A program made the position numbers and the translations under genes. The notes beneath the pieces were generated by a model, which did not search any database, had not been told where the DNA came from, and saw nothing but the letters and a program-made list of their open reading frames with translations. From the IMG/VR virus record IMGVR_UViG_3300044646_001937, positions 140,455 through 204,454 of that record: DNA of 64,000 nt; one strand, given 5' to 3'. The first letter of the stretch is position 1, and every line of letters begins with the position of its first letter. This document shows positions 29,801 through 38,900 of this stretch, piece by piece.

Positions 29801-30523
29801 ACAATCTATAGCGTGAGAGTCGCCGCAATCAATTCTGAAGGCGTCGGTGATGCCTCTAATTCAATTCAGGCAAGAGTTGGTGTAACTGCTGACGCTCCAA
29901 CTATATTTAAGGCAGAGCACGCAGGAGGAGGCAAACTAAGAATTTACATACAGCCTGGCGCTAATGGATTTTCACCAATAACAGGCTACGTTTATTACAT
30001 TGATTCCCCTGAAGGGGGCACAGAAAACAGCAACACAGCCACACCATTAGGCGGCCTTACACCTGACAACACTGCAATAGTGTATAGTAAACTTGATGGG
30101 CAGGGCGGAACAATTGGGACTATGTTTGAAGAGTCAAGATTGTACACAATCAGCATAGCTGCCGTTAATGAGTTTGGAACTAGTACAGCTTCTGAAAAAA
30201 TATCTTTTTTTGTAGTATATACAGCACCTCGCGCGCTAATAGTTAATTCGTATATAGAAGAGCATGATAGAGTCATATTCAACTTATCTTTTGAAAACAA
30301 TGACACAGGAGGCGCTGGAGGATATGTTACAATAACCAGTATAATTAGAGACTCTGATGGAAATATAATTACGGATACGTATGGAAATCCCTTGGATAAT
30401 CTTCAAACATACTATAATGTTTTCACTCGTTCAGAGTATACCTATACTGTAGCTGGGTTGACTGCAGGGGTTACGTATGATATCACAATTTTAACATCAA
30501 ATGCTGCAGGCACAGGAGCTTAG
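23810..30523 (+). CDS. Giant Ig/FN3-repeat virion protein (2237 aa)
   Basis: Paralogue domain at the N-terminus, then ~6 putative-Ig repeats (LPxGLxxDxxTGxIxG, ~25.5-27.3 kb). About 5 carboxypeptidase-regulatory-like sandwiches (xISGxV...TDxxGxF) and ~5 FN3 repeats (PxAP...YxYSxDxG...VxAxN) follow. Confidence 0.8.
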   Translation: MAALEYLTQNSLTSHPFKNSYGLEEGTGAVDGWFYDILFVSYDDSIRRVYLQKIEKKENGSLEIGINNAETLARLPEGLITIAAEDVVDHYANKIKSFVGVAKSKFAIKFVIGPTLAAKEAFSENYLPAVTELSSDVTVLNTVRVNSITFEAYDGPILNTVKLYTGEEIALVEPRYNSTFTLTDTSSGELSVSAGSGAGLYDNCPTPGSITDVHTLNEIPPNSEGTLFLHATECHSLNLLTTNDELIYGDQLDTYRSFTSPGNTEPFNAVNPEHTITLENFCSVKCPHENVKALAYYINRITDGASGLADIAVRNTETRGIGSAEGTEFHVDNADFCDAAANIFLKCPVDSEAFIPCNQGFIKYLHEGRTLQVSYDNATITNYTIVSVINENTVLLDGAPSGIMGKIPFRVIDSGVISNINCASSLYNKQNDDKLKPYFKVRYSTSEAFNSDFEYVTYAAISVGVFNPGPEPVRLNIAFNPNGLGQQGSFKIRKTDSIYVSSESVVDLDCKEHAFVEAVYYIKCGEPASNFSILVTNITANPDEILGDGAYYLPPLVGVSCPGDIAGAINTVQIVKQDTDTFSQIIGVDPLVQDVKIYGTLPDWLTITFQPAQSGQPSSSLVLTGTKISTNNYNTEYNLYARYTGIAIPVVSQLVIQYVAPPIFIYPTEKYFTQEKPLVIDPLIIYTEENPLTQLTVKNMDKPLSWNGDNFSSYGVDVIAERELPQGLTLDTVTGKITGRLLEGVTDEGYWKIALTATNPAGIVSQNLYLGVSKRAIPVISFLQQLPTVIDNYTQYTIEEPLCSFKATNDPILLYQTTDKLPSGLRLDTTKGVIYGKITETAAGTKTINVYARNFYGKSILPLEVTISYTIYKQPEIQAPTQFARFNGEDGSTLEEPLCTIVATQAYGGLNNFDPLLTDATRNHYTATNLPPGFSVDLYTGKVYGILDTSEGFSRAYAVTLKASNLVNTATVQIYITFPNVKLPVITNLASGSLFKVTRNLEYSVEAGPLASIYAIYLDPIIIATGLPAGLTCLPTGEVVGMVDSLLPAGDYTVSFRAQNRYGVSTPAIVCIVRVGIELLSPLPNSMLNLSVNAQITPIQITTSQGVPVTLTVRNLPAGLTFNNSQIYGTPVTVGRSKIYITASAGVFGIIKAVINVSVSIPTYSLSGAVVGVDLAAATNVFLTITSVETGAIYTIKTTSTGTYQLNGLYAGIYNVSARKDRFEIEPITRTITIVNTDVALQSFLITGPYRLIVGTVTNAINKSGVENVAIITFNRTVYTDTAGRFFINLLQNEEITITADAVSYVFNPKTIDIPISNEDSGGYSFKATPSHNISGTIVSKNIEVPANIGVLIDNQNTGEKYYDIAPAGSISVQALDGKYKIYPNPEASDYYNSIWQFKPKYIPVEVNGLSIQLAKSFNIFSGKTISGRVIAPIYETEIGLPIPVAGVAITAANITLDQTRFIWLKLDANNPPTIKLDLKTIRAAAASTENIPVTVDFTTGFFNLRGTTAGQLSMDGYTASVEEIILLKDQFYPELNGIYTIVNPGSATETFHLVRSTEANYNESLKVGAAIYVIGGITNSAATYYLTTEDQVTAISDIDGNFTLTNVYPDTYNLYAHKEGVGILSIPQVNVSTNNATNLVIVPNTYQITGTIQYRANYLSTTKTPLTDVRISLYRAKDLFLLKKSEKSKADGSWIFRSVPDGDYILKAEFRGMTPTVVEQKITVDDGDVNLVAMEVYIAVFTAPSAPIVNNIQGGYRSLKVTVSENPEDIGTEIRYYEYSLDSGTTWATAVKTSDSEILIPDLPPAEKTIFKLRARNLWSYGPEVELQGVAFDRPGAPTITSIARKNKELLVNFSPPLFSGGLYIDNYAYSTDGGITFLPITPANITGSFSILKRSNNGLDLVNGEKYQIVLHALAGEAAGLDSEPEITFPVGTPGPSRLLSVVGGRLNELDISFEPPEITNGAPVADYAYSLNGGPFTPLGTVNSPATITNLLNGTIYSVRVAAINSEGVGDASNSIQARVGVTADAPTIFKAEHAGGGKLRIYIQPGANGFSPITGYVYYIDSPEGGTENSNTATPLGGLTPDNTAIVYSKLDGQGGTIGTMFEESRLYTISIAAVNEFGTSTASEKISFFVVYTAPRALIVNSYIEEHDRVIFNLSFENNDTGGAGGYVTITSIIRDSDGNIITDTYGNPLDNLQTYYNVFTRSEYTYTVAGLTAGVTYDITILTSNAAGTGA

Positions 30524-30547
30524 TAGTAAATTAATATTTAAAGCCGT

Positions 30548-33500
30548 ATGATAATCAAAGTTACTCCAAAATTTACAGCTCCCAAGGGATTGTTTGTAAC
30601 GCATCAATACGGTAACAGCCAATACCCATTAAACATATATAATTACCCAGACAGTGGCAGCGCTGGGCTATTAATTTATGTAAAAGTTGCAACCACGGGC
30701 GGACAACCAGTAACAGGATATACGCTTGAAGCATCAGCCTTAGGGATACCTACTATAAATAGAGACATCACTTGGATCACCCCTGAAGAGGCGGAGCAGT
30801 CATCTATCGGTGAGTATCTTTTAAAAATTACAAATCTCACACCCGAAAAACAATACACATTAAAAATAGCCTTAAAAAATAGTGTAGGTGCAAGTGAAAT
30901 TGTAACAATACCTGGAAGTTCATTAACAATTCCGAAAGTTCGCCCTACCATACCCAGTGCGGAATTTTATAATTACCAACCTACTGACGCTCGCGTACAA
31001 TTAAAGGTAACAATAAGCCCTCAAGAATCCTTTGAAAACCTTATAGTTTTTGGATATTTAAGATACGATGGAGAGCCTCCGTCTGATGAAACTCTTTTAA
31101 ATGACCTGCGTAACACTCGCACAGACATGGCAGGAGCCGGCGAAATTTACACAAGATTCCCACTTGAGTCAGTGCAAAGTTACTCATACAATCAAATATC
31201 TGGAATATGTGATCAAAATTTTGGTTCGCCTTATGATCTATATAATCTTTGTATGAGATGCTTATGGGGAGCTCCCTACAATTTCTCAGGCTTTGTGCGA
31301 AGGACTGTTCCCCTATACCCGCTAATAACCACTCCTGGGGATAAATATTTCTGGATACCTAGCGGGGAAAATACCTATGAGGGAGGTATAACAAAAAACA
31401 CCACTACGATTGTTTATCCGTTACTGCTACGCAGCGAAGGCGCGTATTATTATGGAGAAAATCTTACCTCCACCCCGCAAGCCTATGCAGAATCGGCTGG
31501 GCTTTCTAATGTATTTAATATATTCTCATATTTTACAGGAATTCCTGACCGCATAGATAGTGTACTTGAGCATGGCTGGGAGTATACTTCTAATGGCTGG
31601 CGATATGTACTGTCCTTTTACCCTCCGGCAGATGGCGGATTAAGCATAACAGAATATGGTTATTATTTTGACCGAACTGCCTACGACAATAATGCATATG
31701 CTCCTCCGTATATTCCAAACATAGATTCGGACGATCTGACGTATGTTAATACTTTTGAGCAACGCTATGACTCTGATTGGATGTCATACATAGCCCTGAT
31801 TATAGATCCCCCTAGATTCTATCCATCAGGCTCTCAAGACTTAATTTCTTATCGTATAAGGGTAACAATAGCTGCAAAAAATGCTAACGGAGCAGCACCT
31901 GTAGCTCCCGCGACAGAGATAGTCAGAAATACTGGAGGGTATTTCTATAATTATTACCTTGGTAATTTTAATATATTAGCCATAGGTATTGTTGACCACT
32001 CTGTCACTCTAGAAACAATAGGTGGTCAGCAATATCAAAACATTCAAATCCTTGAGTATCCTTATTTGAAAGTTTACTACGAAATCGATAGAAACAATCC
32101 GGATTACGTAGCCAGAATGAATCATATACTAGCCGACCCTAACTATGGCGGCTTGTTTAGCCCACGCTATAAAACATCAGCTTTTAATGGTTGGTTGATG
32201 TTTGATAGCGTGGATGAAGATTCTTTTGGTTTTTTTGCGACTAGTAATTTTTTATACGAGCTTGCGCCTCAAACTACGTATGATTACACCATGAAACTTG
32301 ATACGCAGGATTATGTGTACTCTCCTGAAACAAATTTCACATTTACCACAGGAGCTATTGTCCAAGTTGTAAGCCTTGTAGCCAAATCACACTACAGCGG
32401 AAATGTTGTGTTAGCATATACCGGCGAAACTTACGCATTACTGTCCAGGCAAATTAATTGGTATTATAAAGAGTTTGGAAGTGAAATTATTAACATAGGC
32501 GGAGCAATATACAAAACATTTGATAAAGTATTTATGGTCAATTCTCCTGCTCTTATAGCAGGAAAATCCTATTACTTTTATATTAAAGTGACTAATATTT
32601 TTGGACAGTCGGAATATTCCCCTGCGTCTAACCTAGTCTCAATCACACTACTAACAACACCAGCACTAGCCCCAAGGGTGACAGTAATTCCTTCAGACTC
32701 GATGATTACAGTTTATGTGGACAAATTGTCTAATGCTTTAGCTGGAGGTTTGCCTGTGACAAACTACCAGATGATGTTTTCACCCACCGACGACCCAGAT
32801 TACCAGTTTACGAGCTTTAACCCACCGAGATCACAATCATCATTATATCCAGCATTTTATTACCCTCCAGGGTCATTTGGAAACCCTTTAGCGGTAATTG
32901 ATGGACTGGCCAATGGTCGTGAATATATGATATCGGTGAGCGCAATTAACGATAAAGGAGTAGGTCAACAATCACCTATTGTGAAAGCTACTCCACTAGG
33001 TGTACCTAATTTTCCTAGAGTATTAGCTACCGTAGGAGACAGAAGTGTTACGGTCGCTTTTATCCCCCCTTTGGATACCGGAGGGTCACCCATACTAAAA
33101 TACCAGTATTCTACAGATGCTGGGCAAACCTGGTTAGACGCTTTTGTAGCAGGAACCACGAATTACGATTTAACTAGTCCTATAGTTATAACCAAACATA
33201 GCGTAAATAACCAATCTCTCAACAACGGACAGTTATACCAAGTTAGATTGCGCGCAGTTAACGCACAAGGACCAGGAGATGCCTCCATAACAATACAAGC
33301 CACTCCTGTGGGCCCACCTTCGCCGCCCGTTATAGATGAAATCGTTTCATCTGATAAACAATTAGTTGTCAAGTTTACCCCTCCTATAGCTCAAAATGCT
33401 GACACACCTGTACTGGGTTATAAATACTCTCTAGATGACGACTATGAGAATTTTAATAAAGACACATATATCACAGTTGTGCCAACAAACAACCAGTTCA

Positions 33501-35869
33501 CAATATCTGGAGCAACTATCCCAGTTGGACTAGCTCCAAATATAAATTTACGCAACAACAGTACATATACTATAAGATTAAAAGCATACAACGTTTTAGG
33601 TGATGGAGAGCCGTATGTTGCAACAGGAACTCCTATGCCATTACCTCCAGCATTAGAAATAACCCGTATAGTTCCTAGAAGTAAAAAACTAGACGTGTAT
33701 TTTGTTCGTAATTATGTGATTGGAGGACCTGAAGTAGGTAATATTGATAGAATATGGTATACTTTGAACGGAGGAGAAAAGCTTACAGAAACAACTTTAG
33801 ATTTGGTAAGCCCGTTAACCATTACCGGCGGAGATCCAAGCTCGACTGGACTGCTTACAAATAATGTTCCATACACTATAAGACTTTATGGTAAGAACAC
33901 TGCAGGTTTTGGAGCAGCATATAATGCAGTAACAGGAATACCTACAGCCACATTACCAACAGCTCCCACCATCACAAGCCTGGTAAGCAACAATCAATCA
34001 GGGCAGCTTGTAGTGTCATTTAATCCCCCCACAGACATTGGAGGGACAAGCATTATCGACTACGAGTACATAGCCTACACCAGCGGGCAAGAGACATCCG
34101 CCATTGCAGTCTCATCTAATAAAACCAGTAGTCCTATAGTTATAAACAAGCTAACTAACGGTGAAGTGTACTTTGTCAAAGTGCGTGCTGTTAACGCTGT
34201 TGGTGCCGGTCCGTTTTCTAATTATTTATATAGAAGACCGCTCACTTCTCCTTTGTTTGAGATAACCAGAATAGACCCTGTGGCTACTGATCTGGTATCG
34301 CCACAGCTTCAAGTAACATATGATGTACTAGAAGATGGAGGTTATGGGTTATATAGTAACCCTGAAGGACCCTTCACTATACAGTACAAAGTAAGCAAAT
34401 TTGCAAATTTTAGCGGAGCCGCGTGGCAGTCGTATAGAACAACTGGAAACTTATTCAAGTATGTTACAAATCCATTTTATATAGATGTGCCATTGGAGTA
34501 CGACACTGAGTATTACGTTAAAATAAAAGCAGATCTAGACGTCAATCAGACAGAAAATGCAGGTAATTTTATAGAATCAGAGCCTTTTGCTGTCACACCC
34601 CAAAAAACAATACCACCGTCAGCGCCAATAATCACGCAAATGCTTGCCCCAGAGAGAGGCACTGTACATATTTATTTTACACCAGGGCCAGCCAACGGAA
34701 CAACCGGCACGCTGATTGGCTATAAATGGGTAGATATGAAAGCAGGCGGTACTACACATTTATTTTCCACAGCCTCAACGTCCCCCCTAGTAATATCCGG
34801 ATTAGCTGATGCATATTACGTTAATTTAAAACTAGTTGCGTACAATGAATACGGAGATAGCGCACCCTCCAACGAGGGTGCGGTGGTTACACCTGGCCTA
34901 CCTTTTGCACCTACAATATTAAACTCAAAATTTACACAAGAAACAGGGGTACTTTTGGTAAATTTTATACCACCATACTATGTTATTCCAGAAAACCATA
35001 GACCTGTAATAAACTACGCGTACACTGTTACTCAAGAAGGCCTTCCATATCCAAATGCAACCGTACTAGCCACACCCACAACAACATCACCTCTGTCGAT
35101 TAGTGTTAGCGGAATTGTTGGAGACGGTAGTAGATATCTAGTCAGATTGGCCGCAATAAACGAAATAGGTGTTGGCGCATTTTCTGCTGTTAACATATTT
35201 ACGCCACCACTGGGGCCTGAACCACCTGAAATACTGGGATTTGTACCAGGACTTAACTCAATAACTGTTAACTACAAAGCACCAGAAAAAAGCGGTTCAG
35301 GTAATCTGATAGGGTATACGTGTAAATACTCAAATAACGCTGAACCATTTACGTTCAGCTCTACTGGCGAGGCTACTGGAAGTTTTACAATACCAAATTT
35401 AACTGTTAATACGTATTATGTACTTATATTGAGGGCAGTGAATGCCTTAAATGTTGCAGGATTACCGTCAAAAGCAGCTACAGCACATACAGCAATTGCA
35501 CCAAGCATACAGCAGGTAGGATACGACACACAGACATCCGACATATTCTTAATACCTACAGGGTCCACCGGAGCCACCGGAGCATCTACACCCGTTGACG
35601 GCAGTTTCTTGTTTATCTCATCTCGTCTATATAGATACGGCTCGTACGCCTATTCCGACCAGCTTAAATACGTAAATGGTAAAGCATACAGGCCGTACAC
35701 AGGATGGTATGACACTACCAGCGATCAGATAATACAAGGTGCTCCCGGCAAATATTATACTGACGGTGTAGCAGATACAAATTCTCAAGATTTATTAAAC
35801 GCTAAACCGCTTACAGGTGCAGGGTGGGTCGATTCTTCAACATTGGTCATTGGAGCTACAGGAGGCTAG
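30548..35869 (+). CDS. Giant FN3-repeat virion protein (1773 aa)
   Basis: At least 9 tandem FN3 domains from ~32.67 kb (PxxP-I...V.FxPP...GGxPI..YxYS...Y.VRLRAVN..G.G), plus divergent N-terminal ones. Confidence 0.8.
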   Translation: MIIKVTPKFTAPKGLFVTHQYGNSQYPLNIYNYPDSGSAGLLIYVKVATTGGQPVTGYTLEASALGIPTINRDITWITPEEAEQSSIGEYLLKITNLTPEKQYTLKIALKNSVGASEIVTIPGSSLTIPKVRPTIPSAEFYNYQPTDARVQLKVTISPQESFENLIVFGYLRYDGEPPSDETLLNDLRNTRTDMAGAGEIYTRFPLESVQSYSYNQISGICDQNFGSPYDLYNLCMRCLWGAPYNFSGFVRRTVPLYPLITTPGDKYFWIPSGENTYEGGITKNTTTIVYPLLLRSEGAYYYGENLTSTPQAYAESAGLSNVFNIFSYFTGIPDRIDSVLEHGWEYTSNGWRYVLSFYPPADGGLSITEYGYYFDRTAYDNNAYAPPYIPNIDSDDLTYVNTFEQRYDSDWMSYIALIIDPPRFYPSGSQDLISYRIRVTIAAKNANGAAPVAPATEIVRNTGGYFYNYYLGNFNILAIGIVDHSVTLETIGGQQYQNIQILEYPYLKVYYEIDRNNPDYVARMNHILADPNYGGLFSPRYKTSAFNGWLMFDSVDEDSFGFFATSNFLYELAPQTTYDYTMKLDTQDYVYSPETNFTFTTGAIVQVVSLVAKSHYSGNVVLAYTGETYALLSRQINWYYKEFGSEIINIGGAIYKTFDKVFMVNSPALIAGKSYYFYIKVTNIFGQSEYSPASNLVSITLLTTPALAPRVTVIPSDSMITVYVDKLSNALAGGLPVTNYQMMFSPTDDPDYQFTSFNPPRSQSSLYPAFYYPPGSFGNPLAVIDGLANGREYMISVSAINDKGVGQQSPIVKATPLGVPNFPRVLATVGDRSVTVAFIPPLDTGGSPILKYQYSTDAGQTWLDAFVAGTTNYDLTSPIVITKHSVNNQSLNNGQLYQVRLRAVNAQGPGDASITIQATPVGPPSPPVIDEIVSSDKQLVVKFTPPIAQNADTPVLGYKYSLDDDYENFNKDTYITVVPTNNQFTISGATIPVGLAPNINLRNNSTYTIRLKAYNVLGDGEPYVATGTPMPLPPALEITRIVPRSKKLDVYFVRNYVIGGPEVGNIDRIWYTLNGGEKLTETTLDLVSPLTITGGDPSSTGLLTNNVPYTIRLYGKNTAGFGAAYNAVTGIPTATLPTAPTITSLVSNNQSGQLVVSFNPPTDIGGTSIIDYEYIAYTSGQETSAIAVSSNKTSSPIVINKLTNGEVYFVKVRAVNAVGAGPFSNYLYRRPLTSPLFEITRIDPVATDLVSPQLQVTYDVLEDGGYGLYSNPEGPFTIQYKVSKFANFSGAAWQSYRTTGNLFKYVTNPFYIDVPLEYDTEYYVKIKADLDVNQTENAGNFIESEPFAVTPQKTIPPSAPIITQMLAPERGTVHIYFTPGPANGTTGTLIGYKWVDMKAGGTTHLFSTASTSPLVISGLADAYYVNLKLVAYNEYGDSAPSNEGAVVTPGLPFAPTILNSKFTQETGVLLVNFIPPYYVIPENHRPVINYAYTVTQEGLPYPNATVLATPTTTSPLSISVSGIVGDGSRYLVRLAAINEIGVGAFSAVNIFTPPLGPEPPEILGFVPGLNSITVNYKAPEKSGSGNLIGYTCKYSNNAEPFTFSSTGEATGSFTIPNLTVNTYYVLILRAVNALNVAGLPSKAATAHTAIAPSIQQVGYDTQTSDIFLIPTGSTGATGASTPVDGSFLFISSRLYRYGSYAYSDQLKYVNGKAYRPYTGWYDTTSDQIIQGAPGKYYTDGVADTNSQDLLNAKPLTGAGWVDSSTLVIGATGG

Positions 35870-35937
35870 TGTTACTTATCTGGTTAAATGATTGCAAGAA
35901 GAGGAGCTATGGCTTATTATCTGTATGATATAGCTGT

Positions 35938-38900
35938 ATGGAAAAAACATCATTAATTGAATATAAGCTTAAATCTTATCTTGGCGGGGTATTAGCAAAA
36001 TTAAAGTATGTGAATTCGCCTTTAACTCCCTTAACTAAGGTAGAATATTCTTTTGATGGTGTTACATGGACCGAACTAAGCTCTCAAGCTTTTTCTAATA
36101 CTATTATAGCTCAAGATCCGGTTACTCCATATATTTATACTATTGAAAGAATTTTTGTACCTCTGGCTGAATATAGAGACTATTTAATCTCATTCAGATT
36201 GACAAATACTGTAGCTACTGGAGCACAATCTATTCCTGGAATAGGGCGTAGAGGAGGACCACCTGAAGCTCTTGTGGTAAAACCCACGTTGACACGCTTA
36301 CCATACATGAATCGGTACACCAACGTAGCTTTCAGCGTTTTTTCAACTCTGTCGAGCACCGTGGTAGGAAAAATGATTGTGACATTTGAATATGACCCAA
36401 TGCTTGATGGTGGTAGCGGATCAACGCCCATAACGGATGTACTCATCTCTCTAGATAGTCGGCAAACATGGCTGCAACCGGACACACTTGAAGTGTTCAA
36501 AACAACCAAACAAAGCAACGTTGTTGAAACCTATGTTGCTGGTGATACAAATAGGACGTTTTCAGGTATTGGTACTTTTGTAAGAGTTTCTTACACTTTA
36601 CCTCAAGGTGGAGATTTTACGTATCTGCAAGACTCTCCAATATATTACAAAACTATTAATTTCGCAGGAGAATCTCCGGCAATTAAAATAGTGACAAAAT
36701 TACCTCTAGTAATTGTAACATCCCCAAACAACCCGGACTATCCTATACTAAATAAAATTGAATCTTCCGATTGGTATTTTGGCAGCAACCAAGAAGTCCG
36801 CAGAGACCTGCAGGTGTATTTGGAATTACCAGAATCTACAGGTTTTGGAGAGCCGTACCAATTGCAATCCACGCAATTACTAGATTTAGCTGAGCTTACC
36901 CCTGTAAGCGTTACACCGCCAGAAGGGCAGCAGGCTTTAAAAAACATAGACCTTACAGTGACTACAGTGGGCGACACATTCAGAAGGGGTGAGCGCTTAA
37001 AAATATACAGTCAGGCAAACCCATCTAAAATATGGTTTATAGCTCAAGTAACAAGTAATTCCAGAGTAAATCCTGTTTTATCTTTAGATATTTTAGAAAA
37101 ATACGCTGTGACACCTTATAGCATAAGTGTAAATAGCTTCGCTAATGGGGCCGATGAATTCCATAAAAATACCCCTTTGTGGAATATACATAATCACCCT
37201 ATAAACTACCCGCTTTTAGATTTGTATGTTGGTGATCAGTTAAGAGATGACGATGTTTTTGTTAGTGGTAGAACTTTATCTTTTTTTAGAAAAGATATAA
37301 GTTTTAACGATATATACTTCTATGCAACAATCATAAGCAAAGATATAAATATTGGAAAATTAACCATTAAAATAACATCTAAAAGCGATTGCTTGCAGAA
37401 CAATTGTCACAACAATCAATCTTTCTTAACTTCATGGGAAATAACACCGATTATGACTTCTGCGGATACTTTCCCAACAGAAGCAAATGACTGGGTAATT
37501 GAGCCGTTATACCCTGTATTAGAGGCAAGATACAACTTAGCTGAAGCAAGCAATCCGAATTCTATAATTGAAAAAGGTACAGCAGGATTAACCATAATTA
37601 AAGACGACAACAACATTCCAACTTTGGGATATTTTACAATACGAGGCATTTCTGATATTGAAACGTATGCATTAAATATGACCTATGGTCCTGCGGGCGC
37701 TGAATTTTTGTCGCGATTATCCCCAACGTCAACAATTCAATGCAGCCTCTTAAGTATAGCTCAGAAAGTTACTTTTTTACCGATACGTACATACACTGAA
37801 GCCGTATACACTAACGAGTTTGTATCTTGGTGGTACTTATCAAAGCTTACACCGCTAGTGTCACAAACTGAAATAAAATTTAAATTACCTTTAGCTCCAA
37901 ACGACAATTCCACTATAGCTGTAGCGTATAGAAAAATAGTTCGAACTGAAATTGAAAATATCGAAGGAATAACTACCCCAAGTAGCTTGTATGAAGGGCG
38001 TGTAGTAGGTGAGTTGAATTTTGTTGCTTTACAGTCCACACCAACAACTGACGCACTTAGAGAGATTACATTTCCTATAGATGAGGCTACACATTTAAAC
38101 AATGAAGGCCGCCGCGTTGAGATAAGTTACGAGATAAGCTTTTTAAAAATTATTAGAAATTTAACCTCAAATAACGAGGAGCTTCTAACTGAACTAAATA
38201 AATTAAAAGATAAAATTCCAGGAGATATTGTAAAAACTACAATTAGTATTCCTGGAGCGCAGCCAATAGATTTTGTGCTAGGAAGAGAACTGCTGAACCC
38301 CACCGCAATAGGATTAACATTAGTCTACAATGATCAGCTTCCAGGCTACGAATATCTGGATTTTAAAGACACTCAAGCGCAAGATATTACATTAAAGCAG
38401 ACAGATTTTTACCGCAGTACGATCGAATACTCCACCAACCAAGGCGGGAGCTGGAGACATGTACTAAAACCTGGAATTCCTGCATATGATGAAAAATTTT
38501 CTCAAGTAAATACCACGTATTATCAAAACATCGGGGCTGACATTATTACTTTTACAGAAGAAAATTACAATGTATACCCAGCCGGGACTCTTCTATCTGG
38601 AGAAACAATTCAGGACTATACCTATGTCGTAGAAGCGCTGGATGCGTTTAGTGTTAGGATAAGCAAACCGCAAAAAGCATCAGCATTTAGTCCAGCAGTT
38701 AAAAGTTCCGTGCTCGCAAAGTATACAGGCACATCTACTACATACACTAGATTTCAAAAAGGTACTGCAATCATGTATGTAGATAAGTATCTAGACTACA
38801 CGACAGACCTGCCAGTCAAGATAGCAAACACCACATTGACCGGCGCGGCCAATATAATAGCGCAAAGACCATACATGCTCGGAAATGTAAAAAATTACAA

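Noticed and set aside
30521-30550. Read-through fusion of the 2237-aa and 1773-aa genes (same reading frame)
   Set aside because: Four in-frame stops (TAG TAG TAA ... TAA) separate them.
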